A DNA stretch of 64,000 nt from Deltaproteobacteria bacterium (lineage in GTDB: Bacteria > Desulfobacterota > GWC2-55-46): assembly GCA_016234935.1 (NCBI GenBank), contig JACRNL010000004.1, positions 87,922-151,921 on the forward strand, given 5' to 3'. Positions 8,214 through 16,642 of the stretch are shown here, piece by piece. How positions within the stretch are numbered: position 1 is the first letter of the stretch; every line of letters begins with the position of its first letter. The position numbers were made by a program, and so were the translations under genes. The notes beneath the pieces were generated by a model. The model did not search any database. It had not been told where the DNA came from and saw only the letters and a list, made by a program, of their open reading frames with translations.

Positions 8214-9865
8214 TAATCAAGCCTGGCGACGGCGCCTGCCCCCCGCTTAAAACGTGCGCGGGCAGGCCCGCCAGACTCCCCAAGCTCATAAAACGGGAAA
8301 TCCCTGCGGTACGGCACCACCGCGAGGGATATGCCCTTTAGCCCCTTTACGGCGCGTATCAATTCGGCGACCTCGCCGTTTGACAGGGGCTGTCCCGTCT
8401 CCCAGTCAACGGTCTGGAATTTTATAAGCACCTTCCCCGCGTCTCCGGCCGTGCGCGAGGCGTCCGCGGCTATCTTTTCGATAAGCGCCTTCACCTCCGC
8501 AGGGTTTTTGCTTAGTTCCGACGCCATCTGTCTGTGGTAGGCCATGATGGAGTAATAGTCAAACCCCTCCTTCACGGCCGCGCCAAGGCTCTGCGAGAGC
8601 CACGCAAGGGAATTCGCCGGATTTGAAACGCTCTCATACATGAGGTTGATGGCAAACTTCGCCTCCGGCCTTTTCTTTTTTACCGCGGCGCGGGCCGTAT
8701 TCGCCACATGAAGCAGGCGCCTGTTCTTCCACGCGGCCCACTTCCAGAAAAGCGGGGTATACTGCACCGCGTCTGTGTCTGCGGAGCGCAGATACATGGC
8801 CTCAGGCCTTAATCCCTCTCCGGTCTCTTTCCTGAAAAGGGCTGCGGCGTATTTGCCGAAACCCTCGTTGTGTCTGAGCACAAGGTCGTCCTGAAAAAGA
8901 ACGCCGTCAATTTCATACTCCGCGAGGTCAGAGTATATCCCGTCTATGCGCCGCGCGGCGGCGTCGTTAAACAGGTCAAGCCCCTTGCACCTCGTAAGCC
9001 CGCCGCCACCCATGCCAATGTCGTACCCTTTGCACTGAAGCTCTTCCCTGCCTTCGATGCCGTAATCCGCGTAGCGCGTCGTCATCCACGCGAATATCTT
9101 CAGGCCGTTCCTGTGCGCCGCCTCTGCCACGCCCGAAAGAATATCCGCGACCACGGGCGCGCGCAAGGTATTAAAATAAACGCCGGACCTTTTATCCGCA
9201 GGCGGCGCCACGCCGCGGTGGAACCTGTCCCCCTCGTTGTGGAAGACCCTGAAGATGACGGTATTCACCCCGGCCTGCTTAAGCCGCCTCATCTCGCCTG
9301 AGACATCTTCAATGCCCTTCCCGCCAAAAAGCATGACCTGCACGGCGCGAAGGCTTTCAGTTGAAGGCGGAAGGGCAGGCTCCGGCTCAAGCATTACCAC
9401 AGGAAGACCGGCCTTACGCCTGCCCTCGAATGCTTTTATCGGAGGGCGGATACGCATGGCCTCGTTAACGCGCTCTACTGCCCGCGCCTGTAAAAGCGGC
9501 TCACGGGCGCCGAAGTTAGATATGAAAAATCTGAAGTTCCTCTCGGCGTCCCGTATATGCCCGGCCTTGAAAAGGGCCTCGGCCATGTTGAACTGCGCCT
9601 TTGGCAGAAGGGGGCTTGCCGGAAACTCCTCAATGAGCCTTTGAAACTCCCTTGCCGCGCCCCGCAGGTCTCCATCGCTTAAAAGGAACACGCCGTAGCT
9701 CAGCTGCGCGCCGTCGTTAAGATACGGCTCCTGTACTCCCGCGCGCGCAGCGCCTTGAAAGGAAACGGAAATACCGAGAACAAAAAACAAGAAACAGACC
9801 GCATAAAGCCCTTTTTTAAACCAGCGGCAGGTCTTCAATATCGTCACCGGTAAACGGCCATTCAC
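8213..9865 (-). CDS. exported TPR protein with PgaB-C-terminal-like (GHL13) glycoside-hydrolase-like domain
   Basis: N-terminal signal or anchor, then TPR-like repeats, then GVNTVIFRVFHNEGD..VYFNT..NGLKIFAWM, which resembles the PgaB C-terminal domain. The last ~18 codons read through repeat C1. Confidence 0.5.
   Translation of the reverse strand: MNGRLPVTILKTCRWFKKGLYAVCFLFFVLGISVSFQGAARAGVQEPYLNDGAQLSYGVFLLSDGDLRGAAREFQRLIEEFPASPLLPKAQFNMAEALFKAGHIRDAERNFRFFISNFGAREPLLQARAVERVNEAMRIRPPIKAFEGRRKAGLPVVMLEPEPALPPSTESLRAVQVMLFGGKGIEDVSGEMRRLKQAGVNTVIFRVFHNEGDRFHRGVAPPADKRSGVYFNTLRAPVVADILSGVAEAAHRNGLKIFAWMTTRYADYGIEGREELQCKGYDIGMGGGGLTRCKGLDLFNDAAARRIDGIYSDLAEYEIDGVLFQDDLVLRHNEGFGKYAAALFRKETGEGLRPEAMYLRSADTDAVQYTPLFWKWAAWKNRRLLHVANTARAAVKKKRPEAKFAINLMYESVSNPANSLAWLSQSLGAAVKEGFDYYSIMAYHRQMASELSKNPAEVKALIEKIAADASRTAGDAGKVLIKFQTVDWETGQPLSNGEVAELIRAVKGLKGISLAVVPYRRDFPFYELGESGGPARARFKRGAGAVARLD
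8234..8267 (-). repeat. family C palindromic unit, copy C1
   Basis: GCCTGCCCCCCGCTTAAAACGTGCGCGGGCAGGC, in the inverted orientation of the C core. It lies inside the 3' end of ORF 8213..9865. Confidence 0.7.
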
Positions 9866-9965
9866 ACTTATTTAAACATTTCCGCAATAGCGGCCTTTAT
9901 TCACAATAGTATATCAAACCATCGGCCGGATTGCATCCGGTATTGAGGAAACGGTTTGATGTAAC

Positions 9966-10055
9966 ATTAAAGTTTTTTGGCCGCCTGCGGCGTGGCAAAG
10001 CTAATGGATTGTATTTTGACTTTAGCCGTGCGCAGCGCCTTTTTTTCAAAAAAGG
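9966..10055 (-). repeat. family E element, copy E2, with terminal A/T hairpin
   Basis: ATTAAAGTT..CGCCTGCGG..CAAAGCTAATGGATTGTATTTTGACTTTAGCCGTGCGCAGCGCC plus the hairpin CCTTTTTTTCAAAAAAGG, which contains the radA stop codon. Confidence 0.8.
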
Positions 10056-11407
10056 TAAGCCATCGCCTCTTTAATCGTGGTCACGCCTATTATCTCGATG
10101 CCGCCTTTCACCTTGAGGCCCTTTAGATTGTCTTTCGGCATTATGCACCTTTTGAAGCCGAGCTTGGCGGCCTCCTTCACGCGCGGCTCCGCCTGATTTA
10201 CGCCCCTCACCTCTCCGGCAAGGCCGACCTCGCCGAAGATGACCGTCTTCGGGTCAACCGCTTTATCAAGGAAGTTCGACGCAAGGCTTGAGACAACGCC
10301 CAGATCCACGGCAGGCTCGTCAAGGCGTATGCCGCCGGCCACCTTTATGAAGATGTCGTGGTTGGCAAGGGTAATGCCCGCCTTTTTCTCGAGCACCGCA
10401 GCGAGGAGCATAACGCGGTTATAGTCCACGCCGACGACCGTCCTTCTGGGTATGCCGAAAATCGTCCGGCATACGAGAGACTGGACTTCAACGAGCACCG
10501 TCCTCGTGCCCTCAAGGCTCGACGTCACGGCGGAGCCGGAGGCGTCAACCGGCCGTGCGGCAAGGAATATCTCGGAAGGGTTCAGCACCTCGGCAAGGCC
10601 GCTCTCCTTCATCTCGAAGATGCCTATCTCCATGGCCGAGCCGAAGCGGTTTTTAACGGCGCGAAGTATCCTGAACTGGTGGCCCCGTTCGCCCTCGAAA
10701 TAAAGGACCGTGTCAACCATGTGCTCAAGGGCCTTTGGGCCGGCGATGTTGCCGTCCTTCGTGACGTGCCCCACGAGAAAGACAGGCACGTCCGTCTTTT
10801 TCGCGTATGTGATGAGGCTCGCGGCGACCTCCTTCACCTGGCTGAGGCTTCCCGGCGACGATTCGAAGGCCGCGCTGGCAAGCGTTTGCACGGAATCTAT
10901 GACAAGGACGCCGGGCTTTGTTTTCTTGAGCGCGTCGTGCGTCTTTTCAAGCGAAGTTTCCGCCAGGACAAGCAGGTTTTCGCTGAGCGCGCCGAGCCTC
11001 TCGCCGCGGAGCCTTATCTGCCGGAGCGACTCCTCGCCTGAGACGTAAAGCACCTTGTGGCCGCCGGCCGCCAGTGAGCCCATCGCCTGAAGGAGCAGCG
11101 TGGACTTGCCTATGCCCGGGTCGCCGCCGATAAGAACCGTTGACCCCGGCACCATGCCGCCGCCCAGAACGCGGTCGAACTCGCCGATATTCGTGCGCAC
11201 CCTGTCCTCTTCGGCCATGTCAAGGGTGGAGATGGCCTGGGGGAGGGCGTCCGTTTGCAGGGTATGCGGGCCTCCTTTTTCCTTGCGGTCAAAGACCCTT
11301 TCTTCCAGAAAGGAGTTCCATGAGCCGCAGTCCGGACACCTGCCGAGCCACCTGTAAGAGGCGTGTCCGCACGACTGGCACGTATAGATGGTCTTTTGCT
11401 TTGCCAT
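10046..11407 (-). CDS. radA: DNA repair protein RadA/Sms
   Basis: Zinc ribbon CQSCGH..CPDCGSW, Walker A GDPGIGKST, KNRFG motif, Lon-protease-like C-terminus. Start set at the ATG at 11405-11407 (MAKQKTIYTC). The track extension reads into the C2 repeats. Confidence 0.9.
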   Translation of the reverse strand: MAKQKTIYTCQSCGHASYRWLGRCPDCGSWNSFLEERVFDRKEKGGPHTLQTDALPQAISTLDMAEEDRVRTNIGEFDRVLGGGMVPGSTVLIGGDPGIGKSTLLLQAMGSLAAGGHKVLYVSGEESLRQIRLRGERLGALSENLLVLAETSLEKTHDALKKTKPGVLVIDSVQTLASAAFESSPGSLSQVKEVAASLITYAKKTDVPVFLVGHVTKDGNIAGPKALEHMVDTVLYFEGERGHQFRILRAVKNRFGSAMEIGIFEMKESGLAEVLNPSEIFLAARPVDASGSAVTSSLEGTRTVLVEVQSLVCRTIFGIPRRTVVGVDYNRVMLLAAVLEKKAGITLANHDIFIKVAGGIRLDEPAVDLGVVSSLASNFLDKAVDPKTVIFGEVGLAGEVRGVNQAEPRVKEAAKLGFKRCIMPKDNLKGLKVKGGIEIIGVTTIKEAMAYLF

Positions 11408-11419
11408 TGGTGTATTTAT

Positions 11420-11503
11420 GCCTGCCCCCGCGTGTCTGAAGCGGGGGCCTGCGCCCCCACGCGCCCCCCGCTTAAAACATGCTGGGACAAGCTGAAGCGG
11501 GGT
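11420..11503. repeat. cluster of family C units (C2)
   Basis: GCCTGCCCCCGCGTGTCTGAAGCGGGGGC (11420-11448), inverted CCCCCCGCTTAAAACATGC (11464-11482), and partial GCTGAAGCGGGG (11491-11502). Confidence 0.7.
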
Positions 11504-11524
11504 ATGGAGCAATATTTTTACAGA

Positions 11525-11552
11525 TTGACAAACCGCTTCTTTTTGTTATGAT
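11525..11552 (+). promoter_or_regulatory. sigma-70 promoter candidate
   Basis: TTGACA-N16-TATGAT, about 85 nt upstream of the ATG at 11639 and divergent from radA. Confidence 0.6.
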
Positions 11553-11638
11553 AATTCAACGGATAACCGGCACGGGAAAAGAGGTTTTATTTTCCGTGGA
11601 AACAGCTCTAAAACCACTGAAATCGGGTAAAAATCGAA

Positions 11639-13213
11639 ATGGCGGAAGAGTTAAATTACAATAATATATTAATTGAACTAAGCAAAGCTGTCAAGATGCA
11701 TAATTTCTATCCCCAGGGGCATCCAAACCTTGACTCCTCCCTGGCTAAATGCTATATCCTCCTGAAAAAATGCGTAGACGAACGCGGAGAGATCACCTGG
11801 AAGATAGACCAGAAGGGTTTTTACGACGGCAAGACCATCATAGCCTCCGGGAGCCTTGAGCTCGCTATCCTTGCCAAGAAGTTCCTTTACAGGAAGGTGC
11901 GCGAACTTACGTTCACCTCGCGGCTCACGCAGCAAGATCTAAAGCTAATCCTTCAGCTGATAAAGCTCGAACCCGAAGAGCTTGCCTCGAAGGGCGGGGC
12001 CGAAGCGTTCATGGCAGGCAGGGAAGACGGAGGGATACTCCTCAACGAGATGCGTTACGAGGAACTTTTAAAATTAAAAAAGGAACTCGCGGAGAAAAAG
12101 GCTCAGGCAGAGGCGCTGGCCCAGCAGGCCGAGGCGGAAGGCGAGTCTGATGAAGAGGAGCAGCCGCCGCCAAAGGAAGCGCCGCAGGAAAAACAGGATA
12201 CGTTCGAGGACCTCCTCGAACGCTTGAAAAAAGAGCGCGACTTTTTAAAATACAACGACCTCCTCGCGCGCGCGAAGGAAAAGGCCGGCATACTTTTAGG
12301 AGAAAAAAAGTGCGACGATATTTTTCCCGCCCTGCTTGTCCTTTCCGAACACTCGTCAAAGGAATCAACGCTTCCGGCCGGGATAAAACAGGCCGCTTAC
12401 GAAGGGCTTGAGGCATTCCTTGGCGACGAAACCATTATCCGCTATCTCGCCGGAAAGGTCTCTCAAAAGGAAGAGCCGCAAATGGAGATTGTCCAGCAGA
12501 TGCTGCTGCGCGGCAAGGACAGGGCCGCGGCGATACTCCTTGACGCCCTGATAGACGCTTCGGACGCGAGCGCAAGGCGCAACATCTACAACACGGTCAT
12601 CCTTTTCGGAAAGACGCTGACGCCGCACGTCGAGACCCGGCTTAAGAACGGCCAATGGTTCGCGGTAAGGCAGATGGCGGCAATACTTGGCGAGCTTGCC
12701 TTGCCGGAGACGCTCGGCCAGCTTGAGGCCGCATTCAAAAATCCGCACATAAAGGTCAAACGCGAGGTGTTAAAAAGCATATCGCGCATACAGACGCCGA
12801 GGTCAACCGCCTTTTTAGTGAAGACCCTTGAAAGCGAAGACCGGTCGCTGATGACATACGCCGTTATCGCGCTGGGGATGCGGCGCGACCCGGCAGCCAT
12901 AGAACCGCTTTCAAAAATAGCCCTTAGGTGGGAGCCTTTTTCCGACAAGCAGGAGCCGAAAAAAGAAGCCGTCAGGTCGCTCGGACTCATAGGCGACCAG
13001 AAGGCCGTCGAGGCCCTTACCAGGATACTTTTCAGAACGACATGGTTCGGGAAGAAGATAAACGAAGAATTTAAATGCCTCGCCGCCGGCTCCCTCGCCA
13101 TGATCGGCGGCAGCGAGGCGATGAAGGCCATTGAAACCGCATACCGGCAGTCCGAGGGAGAGCTGAACACGGCGTGCAAAAAGATCCTTGAGAGGAAAGA
13201 AAAAGCTCTATGA
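11639..13213 (+). CDS. HEAT-repeat protein with an N-terminal module shared with the downstream HD-GYP protein
   Basis: 524 aa. N-terminus LSKAVKMHNFYPQGHP, an acidic coiled-coil linker, and C-terminal HEAT/PBS-lyase-like repeats. Its stop overlaps the next start (ATGA). Confidence 0.6.
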   Translation: MAEELNYNNILIELSKAVKMHNFYPQGHPNLDSSLAKCYILLKKCVDERGEITWKIDQKGFYDGKTIIASGSLELAILAKKFLYRKVRELTFTSRLTQQDLKLILQLIKLEPEELASKGGAEAFMAGREDGGILLNEMRYEELLKLKKELAEKKAQAEALAQQAEAEGESDEEEQPPPKEAPQEKQDTFEDLLERLKKERDFLKYNDLLARAKEKAGILLGEKKCDDIFPALLVLSEHSSKESTLPAGIKQAAYEGLEAFLGDETIIRYLAGKVSQKEEPQMEIVQQMLLRGKDRAAAILLDALIDASDASARRNIYNTVILFGKTLTPHVETRLKNGQWFAVRQMAAILGELALPETLGQLEAAFKNPHIKVKREVLKSISRIQTPRSTAFLVKTLESEDRSLMTYAVIALGMRRDPAAIEPLSKIALRWEPFSDKQEPKKEAVRSLGLIGDQKAVEALTRILFRTTWFGKKINEEFKCLAAGSLAMIGGSEAMKAIETAYRQSEGELNTACKKILERKEKAL

Positions 13214-14568
13214 GCGACATTGAACACGAACACATACTGAAGAACATCAACGCCGCGCTCAAAAACAGAAAGCTCTACCCCGCGGGGCACCCTGCCATAA
13301 CAACGGCGGCCAACAGGGCCGTCCAGTTTTCAATGGCTGCATTCAAGACGAAATCCAATTTCATCATCGCCCTCGTTAACGACGCCCTCGTGTTCGAGGC
13401 GGACATTATCGCGGACTCCGAAACAATGTATCCCGATATAATCAAATACATGGCCGAAAAGGCCGTGAATGCCATAATCATCGAAAAAGGCGTCTCTGAA
13501 AATGAAATGACCGCTTTCTTTGACATACTCGCAGGCCCGGCAGTAACCGGACAGGAGCTTCAAAAGACGCTGCACGCAAAGGGCATAGTCCACATGACCC
13601 TCAAATCCGTCCAGATGGGCAAGAAGAACATGTTGGCGATATACAACGGCGCGAGAGAGACCGTTAAAAACGTCATGCAGGAGATACGGATGGGCAAGCT
13701 CCCCAAGTCCGAGTCCGTGAGCGCCGCCGTTGACGATATAACGGAATCAGTCCTTTCCGACCAGAACGCGGTCATCGGCCTCACCATGATAAAGAACTAC
13801 GACAACTACCTGTACAACCATTGCGTCAACGTTTCCATCATGTCGCTGTCTCTGGGGAAGGCATTGAACCTCGACAAGGACGAGCTTCACGCCGTTGGCG
13901 TGGCCGCGCTCCTTCACGACATCGGCAAGACCGGCGTATCAGAGGACATCATAAGAAAACCAGGCGGCCTGTCTTCCGAAGAATGGGAGAAATTAAAAGA
14001 ACACCCGCAGTTAGGCTCCAACATCATACACCGGATGGAAAAGATGGTAGATCTCGTCGCGCGCCTCGTCTTCGAGCACCACATAAGATACGACCACTCA
14101 GGATATCCGCAGACTACGTCAACGCTCCACCCGTTCAGCCAGATACTCACCATTTGCGACGCCTATGACGCCCTTACGACGCTGCGCGTCTACCAGAAGC
14201 CTCACAGCCCGGTGGAGGCCGTTAAAATAATGAACAACCTCTCCGGCAAGCACTTCAACCCGGACACTCTCAAAAGGTTCATCAACATGATCGGCGTCTA
14301 CCCCGTGGGCACCATCGTCCGCCTCAGCTCAGGCGAGCTTGCGATAGTCATGAAGGTAAACCCGGATGCCACGTTCTCCCCGTTCGTAAAGATAGTCTGC
14401 GACAGCGAGGGCGCGAACATCACGGACCCCGTTGACACCGACCTGGCCGCGGAAGATGCGCGCGGACGGACCATCATTTCCGCCGTGAACCCCGCCACCG
14501 TGAGCATAAACCTCGCTGATTTTTTTGAGAAAGAGGCATCCCAGAAGGAAGTGATTACGCAGCACTGA
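13210..14568 (+). CDS. HD-GYP domain protein (probable c-di-GMP phosphodiesterase)
   Basis: LLHDIGK and HHIRYDHSGYP motifs. The N-terminal module INAALKNRKLYPAGHP is paralogous to that of the upstream gene. Confidence 0.85.
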   Translation: MSDIEHEHILKNINAALKNRKLYPAGHPAITTAANRAVQFSMAAFKTKSNFIIALVNDALVFEADIIADSETMYPDIIKYMAEKAVNAIIIEKGVSENEMTAFFDILAGPAVTGQELQKTLHAKGIVHMTLKSVQMGKKNMLAIYNGARETVKNVMQEIRMGKLPKSESVSAAVDDITESVLSDQNAVIGLTMIKNYDNYLYNHCVNVSIMSLSLGKALNLDKDELHAVGVAALLHDIGKTGVSEDIIRKPGGLSSEEWEKLKEHPQLGSNIIHRMEKMVDLVARLVFEHHIRYDHSGYPQTTSTLHPFSQILTICDAYDALTTLRVYQKPHSPVEAVKIMNNLSGKHFNPDTLKRFINMIGVYPVGTIVRLSSGELAIVMKVNPDATFSPFVKIVCDSEGANITDPVDTDLAAEDARGRTIISAVNPATVSINLADFFEKEASQKEVITQH

Positions 14569-14882
14569 CGGCCTGCCCAGCACCACCTGCCATCACAGAC
14601 GCATCATTTTTAATGCAAACAGCCGTGCAGGCAACCTGCGTTTGCCGATTATCCGTGAATACCGCAAGACCCATGATATTTCAGGTTGCAAACGGGTAAT
14701 GCTGACAGGGGGGGTAACGGCCCTAAGGGGAGAGATAAACGAACATTTCCCAAATCACTGGACACCAAAAGATATCTGCGGACACCCTATTGACAGGAAG
14801 AAAACCGCGAGAAAAGATAAAAACACCCTGAACAACCAAACCCGCTCGCGCCGGTTCTTTTACAGGCCGCGCGCGCGGCAGT

Positions 14883-15446
14883 TTACCTGTCCATCTCCCC
14901 CAGCGCCCGCAGGGCTATGGCTTTCATCTTGGGGTTGCCTTTTACGGTAAAATATATCATTGCCTCTTCAGCGCGCTTGTCGCCTGTGCTGGCTACGGCC
15001 TCAAGCGCCTTTTCGACCACGCCGGCATCCGGGTTTTTAAGAAGCGGCATAAGGTGCTCGATATAGCGGGAATCGTTGTATTTGACAAAGGCGTCCAGAG
15101 CGCTCCTTACGACCATGGAGCTTGCGTCTTTAAAGGCCTCGACAAGATGCGGCAGGACGCGAATATCCCCGAAGCTGCCCATGACGCGCGCGGCGGCGGC
15201 CCTTACGTCCTCGGAGGGGTCTTTAAGCGCCTTTGCACCGGCGGCAATGACCTTCTCGCCCTTGATATCGGCCAGGGCATAGACGGCCCTTATCTTTTCG
15301 AGCATCTCTCCGCTGCCAATCTTATTGATGATGGCGTCAAGCCTGTCCCTGACCTGAAGCTTTTCAAGGGAATCCGCGGCAATCTTCCTTAATTCAACAT
15401 CAGGGTCCTGCAGCGCCTTTAATAAAATCTCTTTCCTTTTATCCAT
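14883..15446 (-). CDS. HEAT-repeat protein
   Basis: 187 aa of repeated ..DP..VR..AA.aLg.. units (DPDVELRKIAADSL, DPSEDVRAAAARVMG, DASSMVVRSALDAF). Confidence 0.7.
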   Translation of the reverse strand: MDKRKEILLKALQDPDVELRKIAADSLEKLQVRDRLDAIINKIGSGEMLEKIRAVYALADIKGEKVIAAGAKALKDPSEDVRAAAARVMGSFGDIRVLPHLVEAFKDASSMVVRSALDAFVKYNDSRYIEHLMPLLKNPDAGVVEKALEAVASTGDKRAEEAMIYFTVKGNPKMKAIALRALGEMDR

Positions 15447-15501
15447 ATACCCTTACCTATATCAAATTAGCGCGCCGGTTGCAAGTCAATCCGTAAACTT
15501 A

Positions 15502-15590
15502 CCTTTCTTGAAAGAAAGGCGCTGCGCACGGCTAAAGTCAAAATACAACCCTTTAGCTTTGCCCTTCGCAGGTGCCCGAAGAACTTTAAT
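15502..15590 (+). repeat. family E element, copy E3
   Basis: Hairpin CCTTTCTTGAAAGAAAGG, then GCGCTGCGCACGGCTAAAGTCAAAATACAACCCTTTAGCTTTGCCCTTCGCAGGTGC..GAACTTTAAT. Confidence 0.8.
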
Positions 15591-15596
15591 GTCTTT

Positions 15597-15622
15597 GCTG
15601 TCAGGAGTTAACTCCTGACAGC
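15597..15622. repeat. hairpin of the GCYGTCAGGAG family
   Basis: GCTGTCAGGAG-TTAA-CTCCTGACAGC. Related hairpins lie at 55233-55259 and 56455-56484. Confidence 0.7.
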
Positions 15623-15660
15623 ACAATAACTTCTAAATTCTATATTCTAACTCCTTTATG

Positions 15661-15848
15661 TGCGCCGCAATGACGAGCTACGAAAACAACGCGGTAGATG
15701 GGGCTTTTTCAGCAGCCTGACGGGCAGGCTGCTCAAAAAGCCCCAGCTACTAGGCGGCGAGGAGCGAAGAACGAGGCGTAGTGTGTCCTACGCCGCAGTG
15801 ATGAACGACGAAGGCAACGACGTAGATGGGGCTTTTTCAGCAGCCTGC
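15661..15848 (+). repeat. family A element, copy A3 (right half plus a full unit in tandem)
   Basis: The half unit (15661-15719) ends in GGGGCTTTTTCAGCAGCCTG. The full unit (15724-15848) runs GCAGGCTGCTCAAAAAGCCCC...GGGGCTTTTTCAGCAGCCTGC. Its last base is the first base of the CTA (TAG) stop of 15848..16642. Confidence 0.9.
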
Positions 15849-16642
15849 TAATTTATCTCTATCTGCGTCGGCAGCTTGACTATTATCTCCGCCCTATCGC
15901 CGTATTTCCTGACAACGCCCTTCACCGTAACCACCCTTCCCGTTAAATCCGCCGGATTCAGCCCTGCCAGCGAAAAGGCGTCAAAACTGCTTTTGAATAT
16001 CACCGCGGTAAAGCCGTCCCTCCGGTTGCCGAAGTTTATGTATATCGCCTTTTTAGCCCTGTGGACATATTTAACTCTGCCCTTTACGCTTACGGCCTCG
16101 CCGATGCGCCCGGCGGCGTCCTGCGCAGGTATTACCACCCCGCCGCCGCTTCCATTCCCGCCTTTTAATCCCCAGATGCCGCGGCGCTCCGCATGCGCCT
16201 CTTTTTCAATCTGCCTGAATTCCTTTTCCTTTTCAAGGCCGCAAGGAGGGATTATCATGAGCTTGCCGAGACCTTCCCTGAGCAGGGCCGAGTTTATTAG
16301 CAGCGACTCGCCGGTGTAGACCCATGCGAGCGTTCTTCCATATTTGTCCCTCGGCTCCTCGCCGCAAACAACGAGCCTTACCTTTTTGCCTTTAACAAGC
16401 CCTGAGTTTCTCCTTTTCGCCTCTTCATAGAACGGCTCGCCCTTTTCCGGACTGTCTATCCCCAGGTATCTGACCTTCTCGCCTCCCCTGAGCTTTATCG
16501 TGTCGCCGTCAACCGCGCTCCCGGCAACGGCGTATCTTTCGCGTCCGGAACCCTGCCCGATGCCCGCGCCTGCACGCGGCGCGTGCAGGGTCAATAACAG
16601 AAATAGCAGCGCAGCCAGGACGCATGGCCTCCGGCGCCTCAC
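15848..16642 (-). CDS. secreted thermonuclease (SNase) family nuclease with C-terminal OB-fold-like domain
   Basis: Signal peptide, then SNase motifs VDGDTIKL, VRYLGIDSPE and DKYGRTLAWV. The C-terminal ~90 aa look OB-fold-like. Confidence 0.7.
   Translation of the reverse strand: MRRRRPCVLAALLFLLLTLHAPRAGAGIGQGSGRERYAVAGSAVDGDTIKLRGGEKVRYLGIDSPEKGEPFYEEAKRRNSGLVKGKKVRLVVCGEEPRDKYGRTLAWVYTGESLLINSALLREGLGKLMIIPPCGLEKEKEFRQIEKEAHAERRGIWGLKGGNGSGGGVVIPAQDAAGRIGEAVSVKGRVKYVHRAKKAIYINFGNRRDGFTAVIFKSSFDAFSLAGLNPADLTGRVVTVKGVVRKYGDRAEIIVKLPTQIEIN

Noticed and set aside
8125-8289. N-terminal extensions of several track ORFs (7429..8289, 10046..11512, 16639..17283, 18332..19273, 29067..30980, 48223..49614, 51161..51469, 2778..3338).
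   Set aside because: In most of these the extension reads into, or begins right beside, a repeat element. In others it overlaps a neighbouring gene (48223..49614) or the putative operator (51161..51469). Most have an internal ATG preceded by an SD-like purine run, giving an N-terminus that matches the protein family. I trimmed the starts accordingly.
14569-14882. A 314-nt convergent intergenic region (track ORF 14642..14950) as a possible ncRNA or riboswitch.
   Set aside because: The ORF has no RBS and an odd composition. I see local hairpins (GCAAAC..GCAGGCAACCTGC..GTTTGC) but no motif I can assign to a known RNA class. I leave it unannotated.
15660-15851. ORFs that translate family A elements (..LKKPQLLGGEE..SVSYAAV.NDEGNDV.GAFSAAC), as a possible conserved peptide.
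   Set aside because: The frame is not kept. Copy A4 has a stop and A6 shifts. There are no RBS or start codons, and the variation between copies preserves base pairing rather than amino acids.
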